From assembly GCA_023402015.1 (NCBI GenBank), contig JAEXCU010000015.1, forward strand, positions 825-64,824: DNA of 64,000 bases. The letters are read 5' to 3'. The notes beneath the pieces are model-generated. The model worked only from the letters and a program-made list of their open reading frames with translations, did not search any database and was not told the DNA's origin. Positions 26,785-40,827 of this stretch are shown here, in pieces (the first letter of the stretch is position 1; the number at the start of each line of letters is the position of its first letter). This DNA comes from Pseudomonadota bacterium (GTDB lineage Bacteria > Pseudomonadota > Alphaproteobacteria > Rs-D84). Made by a program: the position numbers and the translations under genes.

Positions 26785-27147
26785 AAGCGGGCTTTCAAGT
26801 TGGGAACAAATTAAAAATAACTCTCAACCCCTGAAATTCTGCGGTTTACGGGATGACCAATGAAAAAGGGTATCCTCTAAATACGCAAACATTGTGAATA
26901 AAAGCAGCTCATCAAAGATTTTTGATGCAAATCAAAAATTAATTTCAAGAAGGGATATGCAGACAGTTGAATTTGGAATTATCCAAACTTTGACTAAGTC
27001 AAAAGTGCATATCCTAGACAGGTAGTAGGTTTACATAAAATTAAACCTCGTTAAAAACTTGTCTTGCGAATATAAATATGTAAAGACGAACTGATTATTA
27101 TGTCAGCTTTGTTTTATGTGCACGGGACTTAAACAACAAGTTTTTAT

Positions 27148-28651
<1,504 letters not shown>

Positions 28652-28786
28652 TAGAGAATACCGTTTACACGAAAACGGTCAAATCCAAACGCGACTGTCT
28701 GAATATCTCTTTTTGAAATGGCGAATAATTCTGGTATCAGCGGAACTATTGAATAAAAGATATTTTCGTAAAATCAGAAATAATCT

Positions 28787-28863
28787 GGGTCAGTAGTTCA
28801 GTTGGTTAGAATGCCGCTCTGATACAGCGGAGGTCGAAGATTCGAGTTCTTCCTGACCCACCA
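28787..28863 (+). tRNA. tRNA-Ile (anticodon GAT), CCA encoded
   Basis: Cloverleaf: acceptor gggtcag/ctgaccc, anticodon stem ccgct/agcgg with loop ctGATac, T-arm gaaga-ttcgagt-tcttc. Confidence 0.9.
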
Positions 28864-29118
28864 CTTAATTTGATGAGGTTGGAATCAGAAACAAGTGATT
28901 GTTTTTGATTCCAGATGTTCCAGTAATATCTTCGGAATCTGCTTTTATAGCAATACATTGTGAATCGGTTTATATGTCGCAAATTAAAATTTATAGAAAT
29001 ATAAAACTTTGATTTGTTGAACATCGTATAATAATCTCAAAAATCTTTCTAAAATTTAAGAGTAATCACGAAAGTGATAATTCAATTAGAAAACAAGAAT
29101 CAACTGAAAATGCTTAAA

Positions 29119-29148
29119 AGACGTTTAACAAACGTCTGCTCATTTAAG
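29119..29148 (+). promoter_or_regulatory. boxB-like hairpin plus boxA-like element in the 16S-23S spacer
   Basis: Hairpin agacgtt-taaca-aacgtct followed by tgctcatttaag (compare E. coli boxA tgctctttaaca). Confidence 0.3.
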
Positions 29149-29195
29149 TTCTTTTATTAAGTGCCAGAAGACATTCTCTTCAAGCATAAGATAAA

Positions 29196-31935
<2,740 letters not shown>

Positions 31936-32039
31936 TTTATCTTATCGTTTGACTTTATGTCAGACGAATGCTTGAAGAGAACGTTGACAATTGATTCTTA
32001 TTGATTATAATGATGTTCGCTGGATTTATTCTGGTGATT

Positions 32040-32143
32040 ATTGAGCGGGAGCCACCCTCTGTTCCATCCCGAACCAGACAGGGAAACCCCGTATCGCCGA
32101 TGGTACTTTGGCTTAAGCCACGGAAGAGTAGGTCGTCGCCAGA
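32040..32143 (+). rRNA. rrf: 5S ribosomal RNA
   Basis: tctggtg...ccgaac...cgccgatggtactt...agagtaggtcgtcgccaga. The terminal stem is extended by ggatttatt/aataaatcc. Confidence 0.9.
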
Positions 32144-32178
32144 ATAAATCCAGTTTACGACATATAAACCGAATTTAA

Positions 32179-32205
32179 AACCGCCCCATGTGGGCGGTTT
32201 TTTAT
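32179..32205 (+). terminator. rRNA operon terminator
   Basis: aaaaccgccccatgtgggcggtttttta. Confidence 0.75.
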
Positions 32206-32255
32206 TATGTTTTAATTATAATCGTATTATAATAATCTTGTGATAATATGAATTA

Positions 32256-32525
32256 TTGGATACTGATATGAAATATGTAAAAACAGGCAAGTTTACCACC
32301 CAACAGATGAGCATTGATGAAACAATCACCGAACTGGAAGATGTTATCGCGATTGCCAAGGATATTTTAGGCTCACCGGATGTTCCACAGGATGTTCGCA
32401 AGAACATTGCATCTGCCTTGATATATCTAAAAGAAGCAGAAAGTTATACTCCATATATTCGTGAAAAAGTAAAGATTGCTATGGAATATGTCCCTGAGGA
32501 TATTCAGCAACAACAATACCTGTGA
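32256..32525 (+). CDS. hypothetical protein (89 aa)
   Basis: ORF followed by terminator ctgccccatgtgggcggttttta (32531..32553). Acidic helical composition. No family recognised. Confidence 0.4.
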   Translation: MDTDMKYVKTGKFTTQQMSIDETITELEDVIAIAKDILGSPDVPQDVRKNIASALIYLKEAESYTPYIREKVKIAMEYVPEDIQQQQYL

Positions 32526-32588
32526 TAACACTGCCCCATGTGGGCGGTTTTTATTTGTATCGCATGTTTTATAATGTATAATAAAAAC

Positions 32589-33161
32589 ATGGTTGCAACA
32601 GAACAAAAAATCCAACGGGTATTAAACGAAATTCATAAAATTTTTCGCAATGCAATTGGTCCCCGAAATCGCCGCGAATATATGCGTGAAAATAATATAA
32701 ATGGCGGTATAGATTGGTCATTTTCTTTGTCTACGGATGTTATTGTGAATAATAAAATTCCTGCATCTGTTATTGGTTGTACAGGAATTGCCAAGGTATT
32801 TTGCACGTATGCGGCGAATTCAGGATTAGAATGCTGGGTCATTGCGACGGCAGAGTATAATGATTGGCAACGTGCCAAGGCGGGTGAAAACAATATTATA
32901 AATGGTCATCAAATAATCGCGGTTAAAATAAATGGTAAATTGTGCGCATTTGATCCGGGGCGTCCGGAATTAACATTGATTGACGGCGAGATTGCCCCAG
33001 GACGCTTTCTAAAAGCGGTACAGGGTCGTCCGGCATATCTGGTTTGTGGGATTATACCACGTGATGAATTTGCACATTGTGATACGTATCAGAAATTAAG
33101 AAATTTGTATGCCAGTGGGTCAATGGATAATTCAGATTTTCTAATAACGCCCCAGATTTAA
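32589..33161 (+). CDS. hypothetical protein, possible transglutaminase-like Cys-His-Asp fold
   Basis: Start moved to MVATEQ because the longer ORF overlaps the upstream terminator. Ordered GCTGIAKVF ... INGHQIIAV ... CAFDPG resembles a C/H/D catalytic arrangement. Confidence 0.4.
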   Translation: MVATEQKIQRVLNEIHKIFRNAIGPRNRREYMRENNINGGIDWSFSLSTDVIVNNKIPASVIGCTGIAKVFCTYAANSGLECWVIATAEYNDWQRAKAGENNIINGHQIIAVKINGKLCAFDPGRPELTLIDGEIAPGRFLKAVQGRPAYLVCGIIPRDEFAHCDTYQKLRNLYASGSMDNSDFLITPQI

Positions 33162-33485
33162 CACACGCGTAGTCAAGGATAATAAATGCAAAATGCAATA
33201 ATATTGTCATGACGTCAAAAACAAAAAGTGTCTTAACAGATGGCACGCCTCCTCTGTACGCATCGTATTGTCATTTATGTGGGGCGCCATTATAATGACA
33301 ATATATTAAACGAATTATTTGACCGCATTATTGTGATATTTTTGGCTTGAAAAAAATTCATAAAACCGTTAATTTATAAGGCATAAAGGCATCAAAATAT
33401 ATGCCGAAAACAAACCACCGATTAAATTGGCGGTTTTTTTTCTTATAAAATTCCCGAAATTCTGCATATCTTAACCCTTTGATTT

Positions 33486-34181
33486 TTGCCGAATCTAATC
33501 GGTCATTTGGGCATGGCAGGGATTATTGTTGGCTTTATGGGGCTGATTTTTACAACCCGTGCATTTGGGGCCAGTTGCATAAGTTGTACCAATTCAATCA
33601 CCGGTGCATGCACCACAACAGGCCCAAACTGTTGCGCCCCATGCACCAGTGGTGGCACCATAACCCCAACATCATGCCCAGATGATTGTCCCAGCACATC
33701 GTTTTTTTCCCAAGTTTCCGGCACGAATTATGAGGCCAAGTGTGTTGATAGTACATTTAGTGGTAAAATCTGCAAATACCAATGCATAGATGGATATTTC
33801 AATTATAATGGCGGTGTTGGTAATTTAAATGGCACCCCAACGTGTTATAAATGCCCGACCGCAAATGTTCAATCATGTACCCGAACAAAACTTACCTGTA
33901 AAAGTGGATATTTTCATTTTACCCGCAGTCATAACTGCGTTGCATGCGTTGAAAATGCAACGTGCACGGATGGCGAAAATTTTAATTGCAAAATCGGGTA
34001 TTACCAATCCAACACACTGGCCTGCGCGCAATGCCCGTATGATTCCGAAACAAAACAATATGGTACCACCAGTGCCCCAGGCGCAACATCAGAAAATCAA
34101 TGCTATGTACCGGCTGATATTTCTGTTTCTGACACAACAGGTGTTTGGACGTATATTGAAAATTGCCAATATACAGGGTAA
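33486..34181 (+). CDS. small secreted Cys-rich protein (furin/VSP-like repeats)
   Basis: Signal-like GIIVGFMGLIFTTRAFGA. Modules CIDGYFNY..CYKCP, CKSGYFHF..CVAC and CKIGYYQS..CAQCP. C-terminal SDTTGVWTYIENCQY motif. Confidence 0.65.
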   Translation: MPNLIGHLGMAGIIVGFMGLIFTTRAFGASCISCTNSITGACTTTGPNCCAPCTSGGTITPTSCPDDCPSTSFFSQVSGTNYEAKCVDSTFSGKICKYQCIDGYFNYNGGVGNLNGTPTCYKCPTANVQSCTRTKLTCKSGYFHFTRSHNCVACVENATCTDGENFNCKIGYYQSNTLACAQCPYDSETKQYGTTSAPGATSENQCYVPADISVSDTTGVWTYIENCQYTG

Positions 34182-34182
34182 A

Positions 34183-34207
34183 AAATCCCCGAATGGGGAT
34201 TTTTATT
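34183..34207 (+). terminator. rho-independent terminator
   Basis: aaaaaatccccgaatggggattttta. Confidence 0.7.
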
Positions 34208-34252
34208 CATTAAAGATTTTTCAGGCGCATTTAATTTATACTGGACAATAAT

Positions 34253-34744
34253 TTAAATCTGCACCCCCAAGAAGTATTTTGCCGCCTGGCCAATTATAAA
34301 TGATGCAACAGATACCCCCAGGCATACCCCCAACATTTCCCAAAACGCCCGCCACCATGGGCGTTTGTTTATTTGGCCAATGCACCAATTAAACGCAAAA
34401 ACAATCGCAACCACAACGCCGCCCATTATGCCCAATGCCCAAAACCTGTTGGGGATAATGCAAAACGGTATCAGTAATGCAACGCTGGTGCCGACATACA
34501 TTATTCCGGTGTACATCGCACTGACCCATGCATCTGGTTTACCGTCGGCCCGTTGTGCCATATAATTTGCGGCCGCCATAGACAGACTGGCCGCGACGGT
34601 GGCAATTGCACCGGTCATGATGATTATACGATTGCTGGCAATTGCAAATGTGAGCCCCGCGATAATACCGGTCAGTTCCACCAATGCGTCATGCATCCCC
34701 AAAACCATTGCGCCGGTGTATTTAAATTTGCATGGATTATTCAC
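34253..34744 (-). CDS. VIT1/CCC1-family membrane protein (membrane domain only)
   Basis: GMHDALVELTGIIAGLT..., SMAAANYMAQRADG, and several Gly-rich TM helices typical of VIT family proteins. Confidence 0.65.
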   Translation of the reverse strand: MNNPCKFKYTGAMVLGMHDALVELTGIIAGLTFAIASNRIIIMTGAIATVAASLSMAAANYMAQRADGKPDAWVSAMYTGIMYVGTSVALLIPFCIIPNRFWALGIMGGVVVAIVFAFNWCIGQINKRPWWRAFWEMLGVCLGVSVASFIIGQAAKYFLGVQI

Positions 34745-34918
34745 GATTATTGTCCCTGATTATTTGCCACGAATTTTAACATAATTGTCATCCAGATGCG
34801 TCAGGAATCAGATCTGATTTTACCGGTTGTTTTTGATTGACTTCTGTGGGCGCCGCAATACAATTACATAACGCATGGGGGCGCGAAGAGAATATAACAA
34901 AAATAACAAGGCATATAC

Positions 34919-35398
34919 ATGCAAAAAAATGAATCCCTGATAATCATTGATGCCAATGGCGTCAAAACCAAAGATTCCAAAGGAAATGAATATTATCGTG
35001 GCGTGCGCTTAAATAATGTTGCGATGACAATCAGATATTTTCAAATTGCCCAGGAATTTTGGAAAACACAAAATGTTAATGGCCAACCTGTGGAATTAAA
35101 TAAAATTCAGGTTATGACCGCCGCAAACAGTGTGGTTCCATACAACGCGCCGTCTAAAAAGTTGGTTGCACCATTGGAAAGCCCGGTACAAATGAACAAT
35201 CGTATTGCGTGGTACACCGCAGAATTTATTATTAATGGCCGCGCAGTTAAAACACCATGGTTGTGCCACAGTTTACATGAAACATCGTTCAAGGCATCGC
35301 AATCTGCGGCCAGTGGGGTTGCATACGATTTTGCATATGCGGATGCGTTGCATCGTGGTGTTTATGCGGCATTGGCGGACCAGGTCAAGGTACACTAA
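34919..35398 (+). CDS. hypothetical protein (159 aa)
   Basis: Isolated ORF with ordinary composition. No recognisable motif. Confidence 0.4.
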   Translation: MQKNESLIIIDANGVKTKDSKGNEYYRGVRLNNVAMTIRYFQIAQEFWKTQNVNGQPVELNKIQVMTAANSVVPYNAPSKKLVAPLESPVQMNNRIAWYTAEFIINGRAVKTPWLCHSLHETSFKASQSAASGVAYDFAYADALHRGVYAALADQVKVH

Positions 35399-35412
35399 AA
35401 CATCCGGAATTA

Positions 35413-35721
35413 TCAATATGTACATTTATCGTTGGTGGCGTTTGTTATAACGTATGTTCCGCTGTCATCGTTATATGTACCGTCGGGCGCCCAGCATGTT
35501 GCAACGGCGCCCGTGTTATAATCAGGCGACGTGCCATAAATGTTATTGCCGGATGCATCTGTTCCAACGGCGGGACATTGCACGCATTTTTTTGTCAGTA
35601 TTGTGCCGCCCATATAATAACCCGGTTTGCAAGAAACGTACGTTTGTGTTGTTGCCACGCAATCTGCATTGACGATGCGTGCGGTTGTGATAATTGCGAT
35701 TATCAAAATTAATTTTTTCAT
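35413..35721 (-). CDS. small secreted Cys-rich protein (102 aa)
   Basis: Signal peptide MKKLILIIAIITTARIVNA, CKPGYYMGG..CVQCP module, C-terminal DDSGTYVITNATNDKCTY. Confidence 0.6.
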   Translation of the reverse strand: MKKLILIIAIITTARIVNADCVATTQTYVSCKPGYYMGGTILTKKCVQCPAVGTDASGNNIYGTSPDYNTGAVATCWAPDGTYNDDSGTYVITNATNDKCTY

Positions 35722-35742
35722 TTATTTTCCCCCATTCTGGAT

Positions 35743-36180
35743 TTAATTAAGGTTAATACATCCTTTGCAATAGTGTCTGCCACCACTGTCTGTTTTATTG
35801 GTTGTGCTGATTTCATATAAATATTCTTTGGTGGTTTTTATCGTTGGACTGCACGATCCATAATTTTGTTTCAGATATCCTGTATCATCACTGGCAACAA
35901 TAATATTGTCTGTACGTGTGCACAGTGTTGTTTCTGTGCCGTTCAGGTTTGTTTGTGTTGTCATGCTCCAGCCCGCCGGGCATGTTTCAGATGATGTTTC
36001 CAGATAACAAATCGGGCAGCAGTATTGACCAGATTTGCATTGCGCATTGCATTCGGTTTGGGTTAGTCCCTGGGTTTCACTGAAACACATTAGATTGGTT
36101 GGATCCAATTTACTGACCGCCATGGATGCATTTGATGTGGTAATCATTGCAATGATTATAAGAAATTTTGTTTGTTTCAT
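35743..36180 (-). CDS. small secreted Cys-rich protein (145 aa)
   Basis: Start at MKQTKFLIIIAMITT (ATG 36180). CKSGQYCCPIC, DDTGYLKQNYGSC motif. Confidence 0.55.
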   Translation of the reverse strand: MKQTKFLIIIAMITTSNASMAVSKLDPTNLMCFSETQGLTQTECNAQCKSGQYCCPICYLETSSETCPAGWSMTTQTNLNGTETTLCTRTDNIIVASDDTGYLKQNYGSCSPTIKTTKEYLYEISTTNKTDSGGRHYCKGCINLN

Positions 36181-36490
36181 AATTTTCGTCCCCGATAAAG
36201 TCAAATAAAAAACCGTCATAGGAATGACGGTCGGGGATTGAAAAATCATATTGTGGAATGATCCTGCGGCCTTTGGGCATGCCCTGTTTTATAACCGCAG
36301 ATCCCCGACATATAATCGGGTGATAAAACATACGGCGCAAACCGCGCCGACATTTTCAGTCGGATTACAACGCCGAAATCAGCGCTGCCACAATACGGGA
36401 TTTTTCAGTTCCCTGAGCCAACATCCCTGTTGATTCATTTAAGATTATAAAAAAGTGGCGCCCACAACACAAGTGTTTTATCATTGCATT

Positions 36491-37030
36491 ATGATTTTAA
36501 AACGCGATTTTTATTTACAGGACCCATTTGACGCCGTACGCGGTTTGCTGGGGGCGTATTTATGTCGCACAATGGATGACGGCACAATCATTCGCGCCCG
36601 TATTGCAGAGGTGGAATTATACCACCAATCCGAACGCGCATGTCATGCGTTTGGCGGCCGATGCACCACCCGCAATGACGCAATGTTTATGGCAGGCGGT
36701 CATGCATATGTTTATTTATGTTATGGTTTGCATAATATGTTAAACATTGTTCTGGGGCCGGCCGATACGGCAATGGCGGCATTGGTGCGTGCGGTGGAAA
36801 TTCCGGGCGGAAATGGTCCGGGAAAATTATGCGCCACAATGGGAATAACGCGCGCGGATAACAAATTGGATTTAACGCTGGGGCAAAAAATGTGGATTGC
36901 GCCGCGTGATACCACCCCAGAAATTATTACTGGTCCCCGTATTGGTGTGGATTACGCTGGAACGGATGCAAAACTGCCCTGGCGATTTGCAATCGCAGAC
37001 AGTGTGTATATCAGCAAACCATTTAATTAA
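36491..37030 (+). CDS. mpg: DNA-3-methyladenine glycosylase (Mpg/AAG family)
   Basis: LLGAYLCR...IAEVELYHQSERACHAFGGRCTTRNDAMFMAGGHAYVYLCYGLHNMLNIV is characteristic of the PF02245 family. Start set to MILKRDF. Confidence 0.85.
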   Translation: MILKRDFYLQDPFDAVRGLLGAYLCRTMDDGTIIRARIAEVELYHQSERACHAFGGRCTTRNDAMFMAGGHAYVYLCYGLHNMLNIVLGPADTAMAALVRAVEIPGGNGPGKLCATMGITRADNKLDLTLGQKMWIAPRDTTPEIITGPRIGVDYAGTDAKLPWRFAIADSVYISKPFN

Positions 37031-37032
37031 TT

Positions 37033-37617
37033 TTATAAATCAATTACGACCGCGCCTTGGCGCACAATATTAATTGCATTCCCGGTCAGTATTGCAACCG
37101 TGCTGGGGGCGCCGCCCATTTTTTCAGTTGCATTATTTACAACGATAATATCGGGAAATTGTGCGCGGATTTCATCTGCGCTGGTTAAAACCGGCTGGCC
37201 AGAAATATTTGCAGACGTTGTGGCCAGGCAATGTCCATCAATCACGCCACATAATTCCTGAAACGGTTTGTAATTCGGCACGCGAACCGCGCCAAACGAC
37301 ATTGTATCTGTTTCTGCCACCGGAATACCGATTGTCAGTGCGCCGGGCCAGTATTTTTCGGCCAATTCCATTGCGCGCGACGGATATTGTGTCATATACG
37401 GTTTTATATGGTCCAATGTGTCGGACATTATTATTAAATGCTTTTCCCGGGGACGCTGTTTTATTTCAAACAATGCATCCGCCCCGCGGCGTGTCGGCAA
37501 TGCCCCCAGGCCCCAAACGGTATCTGTTGGAAACGCAATAACGCCGCCATTGTTCAGGTGAATATTTAATTTTTTTATAAATTCATATGTCATACCAAAC
37601 AACGTATTATTATTCAT
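37033..37617 (-). CDS. tsaC: L-threonylcarbamoyladenylate synthase (TsaC/YrdC family)
   Basis: FPTDTVWGLGA, KQRPREKHLIIM, TSANISGQP motifs. Confidence 0.85.
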   Translation of the reverse strand: MNNNTLFGMTYEFIKKLNIHLNNGGVIAFPTDTVWGLGALPTRRGADALFEIKQRPREKHLIIMSDTLDHIKPYMTQYPSRAMELAEKYWPGALTIGIPVAETDTMSFGAVRVPNYKPFQELCGVIDGHCLATTSANISGQPVLTSADEIRAQFPDIIVVNNATEKMGGAPSTVAILTGNAINIVRQGAVVIDL

Positions 37618-37734
37618 ATGAACTGTAAAGATAAAAAAACGATTAAAATAATGTTTTTTCTGATATTTTCTGCTTGCATTTACGAATGTTTTTGCCCAGA
37701 ATTCCTAAGCATTTTTTAATTCAAAGGAGAAACC

Positions 37735-40392
37735 ATGAGCAACAAATGGGTATATACTTTCGGCAACGGTGCGGCCGAAGGACGTGCAGATATGAAAAAT
37801 CTGCTGGGTGGCAAGGGTGCAAACTTGGCGGAAATGAATTTGGTTGGTTTGCCTGTTCCTGCTGGCTTTACCGTTACAACAGACGTGTGCACGTATTATT
37901 ACGGAAATAATCAAACATATCCGAACGATTTAATGGACCAAGTGCGCGCGGGTATTGCGCATATTGAATCCATTATGGGCAAAAAGTTTGCAGATACTGA
38001 AAACCCGTTGTTGGTTTCTGTGCGCAGTGGTGCGCGTGTTTCTATGCCGGGTATGATGGACACTGTTTTGAACCTGGGCTTGAACGATGAAACGGTAAAA
38101 GCGTTGGCAAAAATTTCTGGTAATGAACGTTTTGCGTATGATTCATATCGCCGCTTTATTATGATGTTTTCTGACGTTGTGTTGGGTGCGGATATTGATT
38201 TGTTTGAACACACCCTGGAACGTATGAAAGAAGACAAAGGGTACAAAGTTGACACCGAAATGACGGCCGACGACCTGAAAGAACTGGTTGAAAAGTTCAA
38301 AGAAATCGGTGTTAAAATTGGCAAAGTATTCCCCCAGGATCCATGGGAACAATTAAAACTGGGTATCGGCGCCGTGTTTGGCAGTTGGATGTCCAAAAAG
38401 GCAATTACATATCGTAAATTAAATAATATCCCGGGTGATTGGGGCACGGCGGTAAATGTCCAGGCAATGGTATTTGGTAATTCTGGCGATGACAGTGCAA
38501 CCGGCGTTTGTTTCAGCCGCGACCCAGCAACCGGTGAAAATAAATATTATGGTGAATATCTGATTAACGCCCAGGGCGAAGACGTTGTTGCGGGTATCCG
38601 TACACCACAACCGATGAGCAAAGATGGTTCCGGTCGCCTGTCGCTGGAAGAAGCGATGCCGGCCGTATACCAGGAACTGTGCGATGTTCGTCAAAAACTG
38701 GAACAACACTACAAAGATATGCAGGACATGGAATTCACCATTGAACATGGAAAATTGTGGATGCTGCAATGCCGCAATGGAAAACGCACTGCGGCCGCGG
38801 CCGTTCGCATGGCGGTTGAAATGGTTGAAGAAGGTTTGCTGACCAAGGAAGAGGCAATCCTGCGCGTTGGTGCGGACCAGTTAAATCACCTGTTGCATCC
38901 GATGTTGGATCCGGCGGCGGAAAAGAAAGTTATTGCGGTCGGTTTGCCTGCGTCCCCGGGCGCGGCCGTTGGCCAGGCAGTATTTAATGCCGAAGATGCC
39001 GAAAAATGGGCGGCTTCGGGCAAGAAAGTAATGCTGATACGTATTGAAACATCACCCGAAGACATTGCGGGTATGAACGCGGCCCAGGGTGTTATAACGG
39101 CGCGCGGTGGTATGACATCGCATGCGGCGGTGGTTGCACGTGGTATGGGAACACCATGCGTATCTGGTTCGCCTGATATCAAGATTGATTACGAAACCAA
39201 AACAATGAAAACAACCGGCGGCGCAATTATCCGCGAAGGCGACTGGGTTTCCATTGACGGTGCCAAAGGCCAGATTATCGAAGGCCAGGTTCCAACCGTT
39301 TCTGTTGAACTGACCGGTAATTTTGGAACATTGATGAAATGGGTTGACGAAATCAAAACCCTGACGGTCAAGGCAAATGCCGAAACACCCAAAGATGCCA
39401 AACAGGCGCGTGATTTCGGTGCCGAAGGTATTGGTTTGGCGCGTACGGAACACATGTTCTTTGACCCGTCCCGTATCCAGGATATGCGCGAAATGATTTT
39501 GGCCGATGACGAAGCCGGTCGTCGCGCGGCACTGGCGAAATTGTTGCCGTATCAAAAGGCAGACTTTGTTGAACTGTTCAAAATTATGGACGGTCTGCCG
39601 GTTACAATTCGTTTGATTGACCCACCGTTGCATGAATTCTTGCCACATACTGATGCGGACATGATTGAATTGGCAAATCATATCGGCAAACCATTGGAAT
39701 TCGTCAAGGCACGTGCCGAAGCATTGCATGAACAAAACCCAATGTTGGGCCATCGCGGTTGCAGATTGGCAATCACATATCCGGAAATTTGCGAAATGCA
39801 GACACGCGCAATTTTGTCTGCGGCAATTGAATGCAAAAACGCGGGTATTCGTGTTTATCCGGAAATAGAGGTTCCATTGGTTGGTTCCAAAAAAGAAGTG
39901 GATATCGTCAAAGCCGTTATAGAAGCCAGTGCAGATTCATTGTTTGCCGAAACCGGCGACAGTGTTGAATACACCGTGGGTTCCATGATTGAATTGCCGC
40001 GCGCGGCGGTTCTGGCCGATGAAATCGCGGACAGTTGCGAATTCTTTGAATTCGGAACAAACGATTTAACCCAGACAACATTGGGTATGTCGCGCGATGA
40101 TACTGCGAAAATCTTGGACGAATATCGTGCCCGTGGCGTATATGTCGCAGACCCATTTGCATCTGTTGACCAATTGGGTGTTGGATTGTTGATAAAAGAT
40201 GCGGTTGAAAAGGCACGTCGCACCAAGGGTGATAACATTCATCTGGGGGTATGCGGTGAACACGGTGGTGATCCGGAATCAATTGAATTCTTTCATAAAC
40301 TGGGATTCAATTCCGTATCGTGCAGTCCGTTCCGCGTGCCAATTGCACGTTTGGCGGCGGCCCAGGCGGCGGTTAAATTCCCGCGCAAATAA
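37735..40392 (+). CDS. ppdK: pyruvate, phosphate dikinase
   Basis: 885 aa. GGKGANLAEM ATP-grasp N-terminus, phospho-His motif GGMTSHAAVVARG, PEP-utilising C-terminal TIM barrel (GTNDLTQ, CGEHGGDP). Confidence 0.95.
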   Translation: MSNKWVYTFGNGAAEGRADMKNLLGGKGANLAEMNLVGLPVPAGFTVTTDVCTYYYGNNQTYPNDLMDQVRAGIAHIESIMGKKFADTENPLLVSVRSGARVSMPGMMDTVLNLGLNDETVKALAKISGNERFAYDSYRRFIMMFSDVVLGADIDLFEHTLERMKEDKGYKVDTEMTADDLKELVEKFKEIGVKIGKVFPQDPWEQLKLGIGAVFGSWMSKKAITYRKLNNIPGDWGTAVNVQAMVFGNSGDDSATGVCFSRDPATGENKYYGEYLINAQGEDVVAGIRTPQPMSKDGSGRLSLEEAMPAVYQELCDVRQKLEQHYKDMQDMEFTIEHGKLWMLQCRNGKRTAAAAVRMAVEMVEEGLLTKEEAILRVGADQLNHLLHPMLDPAAEKKVIAVGLPASPGAAVGQAVFNAEDAEKWAASGKKVMLIRIETSPEDIAGMNAAQGVITARGGMTSHAAVVARGMGTPCVSGSPDIKIDYETKTMKTTGGAIIREGDWVSIDGAKGQIIEGQVPTVSVELTGNFGTLMKWVDEIKTLTVKANAETPKDAKQARDFGAEGIGLARTEHMFFDPSRIQDMREMILADDEAGRRAALAKLLPYQKADFVELFKIMDGLPVTIRLIDPPLHEFLPHTDADMIELANHIGKPLEFVKARAEALHEQNPMLGHRGCRLAITYPEICEMQTRAILSAAIECKNAGIRVYPEIEVPLVGSKKEVDIVKAVIEASADSLFAETGDSVEYTVGSMIELPRAAVLADEIADSCEFFEFGTNDLTQTTLGMSRDDTAKILDEYRARGVYVADPFASVDQLGVGLLIKDAVEKARRTKGDNIHLGVCGEHGGDPESIEFFHKLGFNSVSCSPFRVPIARLAAAQAAVKFPRK

Positions 40393-40410
40393 ATGCACCG
40401 CGCATAAAAA

Positions 40411-40440
40411 TAACAGCCACCCGATTGGGTGGCTGTTATT
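40411..40440 (+). terminator. rho-independent terminator after ppdK
   Basis: taacagccacccgattgggtggctgttatttatt. Confidence 0.65.
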
Positions 40441-40506
40441 TATTGACAAAAAATTAAATCGGTTTATTATTGGGCAACAAAATTTATATAAAGTACGGAA
40501 ATAAAA

Positions 40507-40827
40507 ATGACCATTAATACGCGATTTGCAATTGTTATTCAGCCTGCGACAATAAAAGATAATACATTTGTTCCGGCGCAATTTCGCTTTGTGCAAAGTG
40601 AAACGTGCCCATTGGGCAATACAAAATGCAGTTTTCACAGTGCCAATATTACCCATTGCGTTCGTGGCGGAACAGATGGCATTCACACCGTATGTTTATG
40701 CAAGCCCGTTGGTCATCTGCGCGAAAATGATGTGTCATATTTTTACAATCAAATCCGTCAAATCGGCGGTGAAGTCATGCTGTCCCAGATACGGGCGCAA
40801 CTGCGCAATAATGTGCGTCGTGGTTAA
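40507..40827 (+). CDS. hypothetical Cys/His-containing protein (106 aa)
   Basis: Only sizeable ORF in this gap. It ends overlapping the convergent PagL-like gene by 4 nt. No motif recognised. Confidence 0.3.
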   Translation: MTINTRFAIVIQPATIKDNTFVPAQFRFVQSETCPLGNTKCSFHSANITHCVRGGTDGIHTVCLCKPVGHLRENDVSYFYNQIRQIGGEVMLSQIRAQLRNNVRRG

